From: Ilumatobacteraceae bacterium
Lineage (GTDB): Bacteria > Actinomycetota > Acidimicrobiia > Acidimicrobiales > Ilumatobacteraceae
Assembly (NCBI GenBank): GCA_009694565.1
Contig: SHUR01000001.1
Location: forward strand, 1-56,815
DNA: 56,815 bases
Direction of reading: 5' to 3'
The position numbers were made by a program, and so were the translations under genes. Below are positions 17,090 through 26,969 of this stretch, one piece after another. The first letter of the stretch is position 1. Each line of letters starts with the position of its first letter. The notes under the pieces were generated by a model. It was not told the DNA's origin. It searched no databases and saw nothing but the letters and a program-made list of their open reading frames with translations.

Positions 17090-18805
17090 GTGGCTTTAGA
17101 TCTTGCAATCACAGGCGGAATGATCGTTGACGGGACAGGAAACGCGCCCCAACGCGCAGACGTCGGCGTGAAAAATGGACGCATTGTTGAGATTGGCACC
17201 CTGTCATCTTCTGCTTCAGAATCGATAGATGCAACGGGGCTCATTGTGTCGCCAGGTTTTATAGATCTTCACACACATTACGACGCGCAGGCATTCTGGG
17301 ATACAACATTGAGTCCTTCACCCATGCATGGGGTAACCACAGTGTTCGGTGGCAATTGCGGTTTCACTATTGCCCCATTGACACCGCAAGATGGTGATTA
17401 TTTGATGCGCATGTTGGCACGCGTTGAGGGAATGCCACTCGAGTCGTTGCAACAAGGAGTTCCGTGGAATTGGACAACAACTGCTGAGTACCTTGATGCA
17501 CTAGACGGCACGTTGTTACCGAATGCTGGATTTCTCGTCGGTCACAGCGCGCTGCGCCGAGTGGTGATGCACGATGAAGCTAACGAACGTGAAGCGACAC
17601 CACAGGAAATTGAACAAATGGTTGTCTTGCTTCGGGCTGGCCTGAGTGCCGGAGGAATGGGTTTTTCTTCGACATGGTCACCAAGCCACAATGATCACAC
17701 TGGTGCCCCAGTGCCTTCTCGTCATGCCTCGCGAGAAGAACTATTATCTCTGTGTTCCGAAGTGCGAAATCATGCCGGAACAACACTTGAATTTATTCCC
17801 GCTGTTGGCGAATTTTCCCGTGAAGTTTTTGAATTAATGGGAGACATGAGCGCTGCAGCAAATCGGCCACTCAACTGGAATTTGTTGCAGGTGTATTCAC
17901 AGAACTGGGAATTGGTACAACATCAACTTGCTGGTTTTGATATCGCAGCTGAACGTGGTGGACAAGTGTTGGCCCTTACTTTGCCCGATACCTTTCGTTT
18001 ACGCTTGAACTTCAAGAGTGGATTCATTTTGGACATTCTCGAAGGTTGGGACAAGTTGATGTCGCTTCCCGATGAAGAAAAACTTACAATGATGAGCACT
18101 GCTGATGGCCGTACCCGTATGAATGCAATGGCTCAGGGCACTGCTGGTCCAACTCGTTCTATTGGAAACTGGGGTGGCTACATTTTGCTTGAAATATTCA
18201 ATGAAAAGTGGAAGAAATATGAAGGCCGTATCGTTGGAGAAGTAGCGCGGGAATTAAATGTTGAGCCGTGGGACCTATTGTGCGACATTGTCGTTGATGA
18301 TCGTTTGTTGACAGTTATTGCGAACCAAGATCGTGGTCAGGATCGTGACACGTGGGAGAAGCGTGTGCAGGTATGGCGCGACCACCGAGCTGTGGTCGGC
18401 GCTAGCGATGCGGGTGCTCATCTTGACATGATTGATAGCTATGCGTTTAGCACCACAATGATTGCCCGCGCGGTTCGTGAACATGAACTGATGCCACTTG
18501 AGGAAGCGGTGTATCACCTGACAGATCGGCCCGCACGACTGTATGGCCTCAAAGGCAGGGGTCGTATCGCCACGGGATGGGCCGCAGACATCACTGTATT
18601 TGACGCCGCAACAATTGGACCCGGGCCAGCACAGATGCGTTTTGACCTCCCTGGTGGCTCGGGACGGGTCTACGGTGAATCAATTGGTGTGGAACATGTC
18701 ATCGTCAATGGTGTTCCTGCTGTAAGAAATAATGTCGCTCTTGGGTCGCGCCCTGGTACCTTGCTGAGGTCCGGACGCGATACCGAAACAGTGACAGCTC
18801 AGTGA
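17090..18805 (+). CDS. N-acyl-D-amino-acid deacylase family amidohydrolase
   Basis: DLAITGGMIVDGTG and PGFIDLHTHYD (HxH) match, and the length is typical of D-aminoacylases. I prefer GTG 17090 (AAGGAAGGGG lies 5 nt upstream). The track start is TTG 17066. Confidence 0.8.
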   Translation: MALDLAITGGMIVDGTGNAPQRADVGVKNGRIVEIGTLSSSASESIDATGLIVSPGFIDLHTHYDAQAFWDTTLSPSPMHGVTTVFGGNCGFTIAPLTPQDGDYLMRMLARVEGMPLESLQQGVPWNWTTTAEYLDALDGTLLPNAGFLVGHSALRRVVMHDEANEREATPQEIEQMVVLLRAGLSAGGMGFSSTWSPSHNDHTGAPVPSRHASREELLSLCSEVRNHAGTTLEFIPAVGEFSREVFELMGDMSAAANRPLNWNLLQVYSQNWELVQHQLAGFDIAAERGGQVLALTLPDTFRLRLNFKSGFILDILEGWDKLMSLPDEEKLTMMSTADGRTRMNAMAQGTAGPTRSIGNWGGYILLEIFNEKWKKYEGRIVGEVARELNVEPWDLLCDIVVDDRLLTVIANQDRGQDRDTWEKRVQVWRDHRAVVGASDAGAHLDMIDSYAFSTTMIARAVREHELMPLEEAVYHLTDRPARLYGLKGRGRIATGWAADITVFDAATIGPGPAQMRFDLPGGSGRVYGESIGVEHVIVNGVPAVRNNVALGSRPGTLLRSGRDTETVTAQ

Positions 18806-19536
18806 TCAAACTTGACGTAGCAACAGTTCTTCTCCAATGGTCAACCGGAGGCCTGTTATTTTTATGGTTTACCACTCGGAAACATGAAATAAGTGCCGGG
18901 TACGGATGGTTATTGCGCGGAACTTTTTGTGTAATTGCGGCAGGTGCAGCAGCAGCTGGCATCGCGACTGATTTTGTTCCAGTGCGTGACATTGCAGCAA
19001 TTGGAGTTGCAGTAGTTGCCATTGCAACTGTTCGTCGCACGAACGTGAAGTTGGATCTTCTTGGGCCAGCGATTGGTTCGATTGGTCTCATTGCCGCAGC
19101 TGTGCATGCAACGAACGGTGCTGGCAACATCAGCACAAACCTTCTGCGTGTTGCGGTGGGCACCGTGTTTCTTGGCGCAATCAGTGACGCCATGTTGCTT
19201 GGTCATTGGTACTTGGTGCAGCCAGGAATGCCACGTTCCATCTTGAACGAATTAGTTGATGCCCTTCGTTGGATTCTGCCGATTGAAATTATTGTCATGA
19301 TCATCCCAACAGGGATGATCAGTGTTCTCACTGGAACCGTTGACGATGGCTGGAATGGCACCCTCGGATGGTTCTGGGTGGCCTGTGCCGTTACAACTGC
19401 GGTCCTGATTGAAGTCACGAGGGCTGCTCTGAAAGAGCGTAGTTATTCTGCCGTCATGGCTGCGACAGGCTTGCTGTATTTGGCGATCCTCACCGCCTTT
19501 GGCACCGATCTCGTGGCGCGGGCTGTCCTCGCCTAG
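18802..19536 (+). CDS. Integral membrane protein, 7-8 predicted TM helices, unknown function
   Basis: 244 aa and hydrophobic throughout. The GTGA overlap at 18802-18805 links it to the deacylase stop. No family was recognised. Confidence 0.7.
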   Translation: MIKLDVATVLLQWSTGGLLFLWFTTRKHEISAGYGWLLRGTFCVIAAGAAAAGIATDFVPVRDIAAIGVAVVAIATVRRTNVKLDLLGPAIGSIGLIAAAVHATNGAGNISTNLLRVAVGTVFLGAISDAMLLGHWYLVQPGMPRSILNELVDALRWILPIEIIVMIIPTGMISVLTGTVDDGWNGTLGWFWVACAVTTAVLIEVTRAALKERSYSAVMAATGLLYLAILTAFGTDLVARAVLA

Positions 19537-19545
19537 TTTTGGCAG

Positions 19546-20703
19546 ATGGAAACTTTTGAACGCACCATCTACAACTCAGAGCACGAACAGTTTCGTGCTG
19601 CTTTTCGCCAATGGTTAGATAAAGAGGTTGTTCCTCATCATGAGAAGTGGGAAGCAGACGGAATCGTTCCTCGCGACATTTGGCTAGCAGCAGGAAAGCT
19701 TGGCTTTCTTGGGTACCACGTGCCAGAACAATACGGCGGCGGCGGTGTTACCGATTTCAAATTTGGTGCCATCATGCAAGAGGAAGTGTCTGAAACTGGA
19801 GTTATCGGCAGTGCAAATGGCATGACGCTACACAACGACATTGTGTTGCCGTATTACTTAGGGCTTGCAACCGATGATCAGAAGCAACGCTGGCTTCCAA
19901 AAATGGTGAAAGGTGAACTGATTGGTGCATTGGCAATTACAGAACCAAACACAGGTAGTGATGTGGCAAACGTTCGCACCTCGGCTGTGCGTCATGGCGA
20001 CACGTGGGTAGTTAACGGTGCAAAGACTTTTATCACTAACGGCATAAACAGCGACCTTGTTATCACCACTGTGCGCACCAACGACCAACCTGGTCACCGT
20101 GGGTTGTCTTTGTTGATTCTTGAGCGTGGAATGAAGGGTTTTGAGCGTGGACGCAATCTCAGCAAGTTGGGTATGCACGCACAAGACACAGCTGAGTTGT
20201 TCTTTACCGATGTAGAAGTTCCGAGCGAAAACATGTTAGGAGTTGAAGGCCAAGGATTCGTGTACCTTATGCAGAACTTGGCTCAGGAACGTCTCACTAT
20301 GGCCGTTGGTGGCGTCAAAGTTGCATCGTCAGCGCTTCAGGCAACACTCGATTACACAAAAGATCGCAAAGCATTTGGTCAGTCCATCGCAACATTCCAA
20401 AATTCAAAGTTTGTTCTTGCTGAAATTGCAACAGAAGTTCAAATTGCCCAGGTCTATGTAGACCGGTGCATCGAATTACATTGCGAAGGACGGCTGTCTG
20501 CCGAACAAGCAGCAGCTGCAAAATTCTGGGTAACTGAATTGCAGAACAGAGTTGTCGACAAGTGCCTGCAGCTTCATGGCGGATATGGCTACATGCTGGA
20601 ATACCCCATCGCCCGCGCATGGGCAGATAGTCGTATCCAGACTATCTATGGTGGAACCACTGAAATTATGAAAGAGATCGTGGGCAGAAGCCTCACGAAG
20701 TAA
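19546..20703 (+). CDS. Acyl-CoA dehydrogenase
   Basis: 385 aa. It has ALAITEPNTGSD, a central beta-domain, and the C-terminal QLHGGYGYMLEYPIARAWADSRIQTIYGGTTEIMKEIVGR. Confidence 0.9.
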   Translation: METFERTIYNSEHEQFRAAFRQWLDKEVVPHHEKWEADGIVPRDIWLAAGKLGFLGYHVPEQYGGGGVTDFKFGAIMQEEVSETGVIGSANGMTLHNDIVLPYYLGLATDDQKQRWLPKMVKGELIGALAITEPNTGSDVANVRTSAVRHGDTWVVNGAKTFITNGINSDLVITTVRTNDQPGHRGLSLLILERGMKGFERGRNLSKLGMHAQDTAELFFTDVEVPSENMLGVEGQGFVYLMQNLAQERLTMAVGGVKVASSALQATLDYTKDRKAFGQSIATFQNSKFVLAEIATEVQIAQVYVDRCIELHCEGRLSAEQAAAAKFWVTELQNRVVDKCLQLHGGYGYMLEYPIARAWADSRIQTIYGGTTEIMKEIVGRSLTK

Positions 20704-21894
20704 TCAGAGAATAACTCCTGCTGCTCGCAGAGCGGCTGCATCTAAACCAAGAGATAACACGATTTCATCTGAATGCGCGCCCATCGCAGGAGCTGGTGGC
20801 TGAGTCTTGGTTGGTGTTCCCTTGAATCGCGGAGCATTACGGACTTCTCGCATGGTGCCTGCTAGTGGATGTTCGCGAATAAAGAACGTTTCGTTGTGAA
20901 TGACTTGTGGGTCATCAACAACAGTTGCCAACGTGTTGAGTCCAGAAGCAGGGACATCATGAATCAGTGCACCTTCGAGAAAATCATGGACAGAAATAGT
21001 CTGCAATTGACGAACCACGATTTCTGTAAGTGCATCGGCATTAACTGCTCGCGCTTCACGATCTTTAAATCGTTCGTCTAGTGCAACCTCAGGTACACCG
21101 AGAGCTGCACAATAGCCCTCGAATTCAGATTGGGTGACAATAGAGGACGTGGCATAGCCATCTTTGAATTCCATCGCTGAATACACCGATGAAATTGTTG
21201 CTGTGCGCACTGCGTCTTCGTCAAGAAGGGCCACGTCCATTGCGCAGTCGGGCCATGTGAAGGCAATTGCAGCATCAAGCATTGAAATGGTGATGTGCTG
21301 TCCGCCAGCGCCACGCTCGCGTGCAAATAATGCAGCTGTGATTGCCTGGGCAACGGTGTATGCCGTGACTTTGTCGCAGATGAGGTGTTTGAAGATTGCT
21401 GGCTTGCCAGTTGCGGGGTCTGTTTGTACAGAAGCAAGACCAGAGGCAGCCTGGATGACGTTGTCATACACACGACGATGACTGCTCGGTCCGTCGGCCC
21501 CAAAGCCTGCAATTGATACATACACAATGTTCGGGTTGATGGCTCGTACATCTTCGTAACCGAAACCTAAACGCTCAACAGCGCCTGGCCGGAAGTTCTG
21601 AATCAGAACGTCAGCTGTTGCAATGAGTGAGCGTAAGACCTCAGTTCCTTGGGGCTTTTTTAAGTCAACGACAAGTGATTTTTTTCCACGATTGTGTAAC
21701 GCATAAATGCCCGTGATGCCGTTCTTTTGCGAGCCGAGATAGCGCATCATGTCGCCGAGACCTGGTGACTCAACTTTGATGACTTCTGCTCCCTGATCTG
21801 CAAGTGTCATACCCGCTAGCGGTCCTGAAATCATAACGGACATGTCAATGACACGAATGCCAGTGAGTGGTCCTTGGCTGTGATCAATGCTCAT
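20704..21894 (-). CDS. Family III CoA-transferase (CaiB/BaiF type)
   Basis: GPLTGIRVIDMSVMISGPLAGMTLADQGAEVIKVE and NFRPGAVERLG are hallmark motifs. I prefer ATG 21894, which forms an ATGA overlap with the amidase stop. The track start is 21924. Confidence 0.9.
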   Translation of the reverse strand: MSIDHSQGPLTGIRVIDMSVMISGPLAGMTLADQGAEVIKVESPGLGDMMRYLGSQKNGITGIYALHNRGKKSLVVDLKKPQGTEVLRSLIATADVLIQNFRPGAVERLGFGYEDVRAINPNIVYVSIAGFGADGPSSHRRVYDNVIQAASGLASVQTDPATGKPAIFKHLICDKVTAYTVAQAITAALFARERGAGGQHITISMLDAAIAFTWPDCAMDVALLDEDAVRTATISSVYSAMEFKDGYATSSIVTQSEFEGYCAALGVPEVALDERFKDREARAVNADALTEIVVRQLQTISVHDFLEGALIHDVPASGLNTLATVVDDPQVIHNETFFIREHPLAGTMREVRNAPRFKGTPTKTQPPAPAMGAHSDEIVLSLGLDAAALRAAGVIL

Positions 21895-23282
21895 GTTGGT
21901 GCCCCCGTTGCAACTAATGGCCATGGTCTTTCTCGTTCAAGCCGTAATGCAAGTTCGAGAAGAATTTGTTCTGTGAAATGTGGTCCGATGATTTGCAGTC
22001 CAACGGGAAGTCCGTCGACAAAACCGGCAGGCACGGAAATGCCAGGGTTACCGTGCAGATTGCAGGCAAACGTTAGCATCCCATTGTTTCTGCCACCAGC
22101 CTTGATGCCACCGAAAACTTTTGGAAGAGGCCCCTCGGCTGCAAACGCAATGTCAGGATTTGTTGCAGCGATGACAAGGTCAACTTCATCAAAGATCTGA
22201 CTCATCTTCAAGTTCACTGCTGCGCGTCGTGCCTCAATTTTTGCTCGCTCAGCTGCGCTGTAGCGACCTTCAGTCAGTTGTAAGCCAGCGCGCATCTCTG
22301 GCGTTAAGTCGTCTGCACATGCTGGCCACATGTCACCGAGTGCTGCTGAAATCTCAATCATTCCGCTGATTGACCACGCTGCACCCATTCGTGGCAGGTC
22401 TGTATTCACGCCGTTGATGCGGCGCAAACCGGCAGATGCAACGAGATGATCGGCTGCTTCCAGCAATACATTCCACATTGCAGGCGACACAACAGCGCCA
22501 CCCCAATCTTGAACAATTGCAACACGCAATCCTGCAACATTGACGGTGCCCAGTGCGTTTTCCCACCCGTCAACACGGGGAAGGCTGAGAGGGTCTGCTG
22601 CATGGTGGCCGTTACACACATCAAACCACCGGGCGGTGTCGCGCACACTGCGGGTCATTCCGCCTGTTGTGACTGTGAGGTTGCCGTATTCAACGTGAGG
22701 ACCGCGAGGGATGCGACCAAAGGTGGATTTCAAACCTACGAGGCCTGTGAATCCGGCCGGAATACGTATTGAACCGCCGCCATCGCCGCCAGTTCCGAGC
22801 GCAAACAATCCACCCGCTACTCCTGCTGCACTTCCACCAGATGATCCGCCTGGTGTGCACGCTGTGTTCCACGGGTTGCGTGTGACGCCGTTCAAAACGG
22901 TGCGTGTGACATTTACTCCACCAAATTCACTTGCAGTGGTGAGACCGAAATGATTTGCACCTGCAGCGATGAGGCGAGAGACCATTGTTGATGTGTGTTC
23001 GGATTTCCGATCTGCAAATGGAACAGACGCTTCTGTAGATGGCCAACCTTGCACGTAGTCAAGTTCTTTCACAGCCATTGGCACTCCACCGAATGGAAGT
23101 GAAACATCTGCACGTGATGCACGTTCTAATGCGCCATCGCTATCAAGAAATGAGATGCAGTTCAGTGAACTTGTGGCAATTGCAGACAATGTCGCTTGCA
23201 ATTCTTCACGAGGGGACCTGCGTCCCGCTCTGAATTCGTCTACTAGCGAACATGCATCGCCTTGCCATGGTGTATCAGTCAT
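21891..23282 (-). CDS. Amidase (amidase-signature family)
   Basis: 463 aa. It carries the AS signature GGSSGGSAAGVAGG with the flanking KEL...TPGGSS pattern. Confidence 0.9.
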   Translation of the reverse strand: MTDTPWQGDACSLVDEFRAGRRSPREELQATLSAIATSSLNCISFLDSDGALERASRADVSLPFGGVPMAVKELDYVQGWPSTEASVPFADRKSEHTSTMVSRLIAAGANHFGLTTASEFGGVNVTRTVLNGVTRNPWNTACTPGGSSGGSAAGVAGGLFALGTGGDGGGSIRIPAGFTGLVGLKSTFGRIPRGPHVEYGNLTVTTGGMTRSVRDTARWFDVCNGHHAADPLSLPRVDGWENALGTVNVAGLRVAIVQDWGGAVVSPAMWNVLLEAADHLVASAGLRRINGVNTDLPRMGAAWSISGMIEISAALGDMWPACADDLTPEMRAGLQLTEGRYSAAERAKIEARRAAVNLKMSQIFDEVDLVIAATNPDIAFAAEGPLPKVFGGIKAGGRNNGMLTFACNLHGNPGISVPAGFVDGLPVGLQIIGPHFTEQILLELALRLERERPWPLVATGAPT

Positions 23283-23329
23283 AAGCGCAACTTAGTCCAT
23301 GATCGAAACCTTCGACCCTGACGGAAAAC

Positions 23330-24163
23330 ATGCACCTGGGTAAGATGGAACCGCTTATGGATAGTCGTGCTTTTCTCGGTCTGCAACAGACTCATAATCC
23401 CTATCGTTGGCATCTTCCCGTTGATCTTCGTCTCTGCACAGGTGGGAACTTTCTCTATGGCGGCAGTGCCTTAGGAGCAGCCATCTCGGCGATGGAAGGA
23501 ACAACAGGCAGAAACGTCATCTGGACAACTGCTCAGTACCTCAGCTATGCCCGCCCAGGTGAAGTGATGGATATTGATGTGATTGTGCCGGTTGAGGGAA
23601 ATGCCATCACACAGGCACGCGTTGTGGGCCACGTGGGAGAGCGAGAGATCATCACGGTGAATGCGGCGCTTGGCGATCGTAATTTTGAACATTCTGGACA
23701 GTTCGTGAAGGCACCCGAAGCCGGCCGGCCAGAGGACTACAAGAACTGGCGCCATCGCCATATCTCTGAAGGCACCATTCATGACTTCATGGAAGAGCGC
23801 ATTGTGAAGGCCCGCACTGATGAAGAGCTCGACGGCACTCCTGGTGACGGCCAAACAGTTATGTGGGCGCGTTTGCCACAAGTCATCGAAGGTGTTGATG
23901 CGGCAACTCTTGGCGTCTTGGGCGACTTTGTTCCTCGCGGTGTTGGCCAGGCGCTTGGTATTCGCGGCGGTGGCAATTCGCTCGATAACACTTTGCGTGT
24001 CATGAACTTGGTCCCCACCACGTGGGTTCTTCTTGATATTCGTGTTCAGGGTGTTGCGCGAGGCTTTGGGCACGGACTCGTGCATATGTTCGCTGAAGAC
24101 GGAACTCTCATGGCAACCGCCAGTCAGAGTTGCATTATTCGAATGTGGAAAGGTGATGACTAA
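23330..24163 (+). CDS. Acyl-CoA thioesterase, TesB-like double hot-dog
   Basis: 277 aa and collinear with the TesB pattern: GGSALGAAISA, YLSYARPGE, a second half with LGDFVP, and ARGFGHGLVHMFAEDGTLMATASQ. The start is uncertain; in-frame ATGs occur at 23330, 23345 and 23357. Confidence 0.7.
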   Translation: MHLGKMEPLMDSRAFLGLQQTHNPYRWHLPVDLRLCTGGNFLYGGSALGAAISAMEGTTGRNVIWTTAQYLSYARPGEVMDIDVIVPVEGNAITQARVVGHVGEREIITVNAALGDRNFEHSGQFVKAPEAGRPEDYKNWRHRHISEGTIHDFMEERIVKARTDEELDGTPGDGQTVMWARLPQVIEGVDAATLGVLGDFVPRGVGQALGIRGGGNSLDNTLRVMNLVPTTWVLLDIRVQGVARGFGHGLVHMFAEDGTLMATASQSCIIRMWKGDD

Positions 24164-25176
24164 TGAATGCATACGGAGCAAAGGGCCAACATGGTTTGCC
24201 GGTACGACCCGGCATGACCGTGCCGCTACCAGGCCCACTACATAGTCATAAAGACAAACTGTCAGAACTTGCCGACATGGGGTACACCGATATCTGGTCT
24301 GCAGAAGCAGATGGTGCAGATGCGTTTACACCGTTGGCACTTGCATCTGCATGGGAACCTCGCTTGCGTCTTGGCACTGCCATTGTTCCGGCATTTACAC
24401 GCAGTCCAGCCTTGTTCGCACAATCTGTAGCGTCGCTTGCTGATGCTGCACCTGGCCGCTTTGCAATCGGTGTCGGATCTTCTAGCAATGTCATTGTTGA
24501 ACGTTGGAATGGAGTCCCATTCGAAGAGCCATACAAGAAGGTGCGCGACGTTGTTCGCTTCCTGAATGACGCACTTGGTGGCGAAAAAGTGTTGAAGGAA
24601 TACGACACCTTCAAAGTTGACGGATTCCGTTTGGGCATCAAGCCTGAAGTGAAGCCGCAGATTCTTGTTGCTGGTTTGCGCGAAGGCATGTTGCGCCTAG
24701 CTGCTCGTGAAGCAGATGGTGCAATCATTAACTGGCTGAGCCCAGAAGACGTCACCCGTGTTGCCGAAGTAGTGCATGGTGCCGCAGATGGAACACCGAA
24801 AGAAATCGTTGCGCGTATCTTCGTATGCCCATCTGAAAATACTGAAGCAGTGCGTTCCATGGCGCGTTTTGCAATCGCTGCCTATCTCAACGTGCCTGTT
24901 TATGCCGACTTCCATGCATGGCTCGGACGTGGGGATTTGTTGAAGGGGATGTGGGACAACTGGAAGGCAGGCGACCGAAAGGCCGCACTTGCTGCCATTC
25001 CTGATGAAGTTGTTGATGCTCTGATTGTTCATGGGTCACCGGAGTATTGTCGCGATCGCATTCGTCAATATTTTGATAATGGCGTCACCACGTCAACTCT
25101 TGCCATCATGCCTTTTGATCCTGATTTAAAACATTGGGATGCAGTTCGTTCGTTATCGCCGTCGGCGCACAAATAA
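24163..25176 (+). CDS. Luciferase-like monooxygenase (LLM) class F420-dependent oxidoreductase
   Basis: 337 aa with a TIM-barrel LLM pattern (LGTAIVPAFTRSP, GRFAIGVGSS, DGAIINW). The TAATG overlap at 24161-24165 links it to the thioesterase stop. Confidence 0.8.
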   Translation: MNAYGAKGQHGLPVRPGMTVPLPGPLHSHKDKLSELADMGYTDIWSAEADGADAFTPLALASAWEPRLRLGTAIVPAFTRSPALFAQSVASLADAAPGRFAIGVGSSSNVIVERWNGVPFEEPYKKVRDVVRFLNDALGGEKVLKEYDTFKVDGFRLGIKPEVKPQILVAGLREGMLRLAAREADGAIINWLSPEDVTRVAEVVHGAADGTPKEIVARIFVCPSENTEAVRSMARFAIAAYLNVPVYADFHAWLGRGDLLKGMWDNWKAGDRKAALAAIPDEVVDALIVHGSPEYCRDRIRQYFDNGVTTSTLAIMPFDPDLKHWDAVRSLSPSAHK

Positions 25177-25191
25177 GTTCCTACTGCTGCA

Positions 25192-26967
25192 ATGTCTGAC
25201 AAGCCCGTCAAGGGAGTAACGAAAGAAGGCTGGAAACTTCTACGTGAAACATTAGTTTCGCAACGCAAAGGTTTACTAGCTGGAGTTGCTGTTGGTCTGT
25301 CTTGGTCGGTCGGAAAGATGGCAGTTCCGCAACTCACGCGCTATGCGATTGACCGCGGAATCACTAAGAACGGCTCATTGCTGTTTTGGACGTCCACAAT
25401 TCTTGTAGCGGCCCTCGTTGCTGGGGTCTTTGCAGGATGGCGCCGTTTTATTGCATTCCGCGAAAGTCGTCTGACAGAAACGGTTCTGCGCGAACGTCTA
25501 TTTGCACAAATTCAAGGGCTTCATGTCGGTTTCCATGACCGCACTCAAACGGGACAGCTGATGAGTCGTGCATCGAGCGACTTGTTGCAAGTGCAAGGCT
25601 TTGTAGTCAACATTCCAATTTTTGCTTCACAGGTCACCATGGTGTTAGGTGTCGTTGCGATTCTCTTCCTGACTGATTCGTTGTTGGCGGCAGTCGCACT
25701 TGCGCCATTGCCATTTATTAATATTTCTGCAAGATCATTCTCGCACAAGATTCACCCAACGGTTCTTGCCGTGCAACAAGAGCAAGCACAACTAGCAAGC
25801 GTTGTCGAAGAATCAGTTTCCGGTATTCGTGTTATCAAGGGTTTTGGCGCTGAGGCAGTACAGCAAGCCAAGTTAGAAGTTGAAGCAGACGACATTCGCC
25901 GTGAATCAATGAAAGCTGCCCGCATCCGTAGTCGTTTTCTTCCGGCAATCGATTTGCTCCCTGGCCTCGGACTGGTCGCAGTTCTTGGACTGGGTGGCCA
26001 CCGTGTCATTAATGGCGACATGTCTCTGGGCGGACTGGTCGCGTTCAATGCGTATCTCACTATGTTGATTTGGCCAATGCGCAACATCGGTATGACAGTT
26101 GCAATGGGGCAACGTGCAGCATCAGCATTGGTGCGGATTCATGAAATCTTGGCAGTGGTGCCGGCAATTGCTGACCCTCCTCATCCACTGCGACTTCCAC
26201 GAGCTGCGGTCGCGCAACCTGTTGGGGCAGTGAAATTTGAAAATGTTCGATTCGGGTATGAGATTGGCCATACAGATATTCGCGTTCTCGAAGGGTTCAA
26301 CTTCTCCGTTGCGCCTGGAGAATCAGTTGCTATTGTCGGTGCGACTGGATCTGGAAAGTCCACCATTGCCCGTTTGTTGTTGCGCTTCTATGATCCACAG
26401 GCCGGAAGCATCAGTCTTGATGGGGTGAATCTGCGTCAGTTGCGGCTACCAGATCTTCGCCACTCAGTGGGCGTGGTATTTGAAGACACTCTGCTCTTTC
26501 ATGACACGGTGTCGGCCAACATCGCCTTTGCAAAACCAGAAATTGATTTCTCTGTTGTTCAGCGTGCGGCAAAATTGGCTGGTGCTCACGACTTCATCTT
26601 GCAATTACCGAATAAGTACGACACTTCATTGGGGGAGCGTGGCTATTCATTGTCTGGTGGGCAACGGCAACGTATAGCTATTGCGCGTGCAATTGTTGCC
26701 GACCCTCGCGTATTGGTCCTAGACGATGCAACCTCTGCAGTTGACCCAACAAAAGAACATGAGATTCGTGATGCGTTGGCCACAGTGATGCGCGGACGCA
26801 CCACATTGGTTATTGCTCACCGTCCAGCCACCATTGAATTAGCCGACCGAGTGGTACTTCTTGATGAAGGTCGTATCAGCGCCACAGGTTCACATCATGA
26901 GTTGTTGGAAACGAACGAGAAGTATCGCAGTGTCCTAGCTGCCATGACCAGCACGGTGATTAAGTAG
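25192..26967 (+). CDS. ABC exporter, fused permease/ATPase half-transporter with a degenerate-site NBD
   Basis: 591 aa with six TM helices and an NBD. Walker A is GATGSGKST and the signature is LSGGQRQR. Walker B reads LVLDDATSAVD, with Asp in place of the catalytic Glu (26722-26727). Confidence 0.9.
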   Translation: MSDKPVKGVTKEGWKLLRETLVSQRKGLLAGVAVGLSWSVGKMAVPQLTRYAIDRGITKNGSLLFWTSTILVAALVAGVFAGWRRFIAFRESRLTETVLRERLFAQIQGLHVGFHDRTQTGQLMSRASSDLLQVQGFVVNIPIFASQVTMVLGVVAILFLTDSLLAAVALAPLPFINISARSFSHKIHPTVLAVQQEQAQLASVVEESVSGIRVIKGFGAEAVQQAKLEVEADDIRRESMKAARIRSRFLPAIDLLPGLGLVAVLGLGGHRVINGDMSLGGLVAFNAYLTMLIWPMRNIGMTVAMGQRAASALVRIHEILAVVPAIADPPHPLRLPRAAVAQPVGAVKFENVRFGYEIGHTDIRVLEGFNFSVAPGESVAIVGATGSGKSTIARLLLRFYDPQAGSISLDGVNLRQLRLPDLRHSVGVVFEDTLLFHDTVSANIAFAKPEIDFSVVQRAAKLAGAHDFILQLPNKYDTSLGERGYSLSGGQRQRIAIARAIVADPRVLVLDDATSAVDPTKEHEIRDALATVMRGRTTLVIAHRPATIELADRVVLLDEGRISATGSHHELLETNEKYRSVLAAMTSTVIK

Positions 26968-26969
26968 TT

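Noticed and set aside
23471-24238. 255-aa reverse-strand ORF covering the thioesterase gene
   Set aside because: It lies entirely antisense to an ORF with a clear TesB-like motif order. Its translation is Arg/Ser/His-rich with no recognisable motif. It is a typical shadow ORF.
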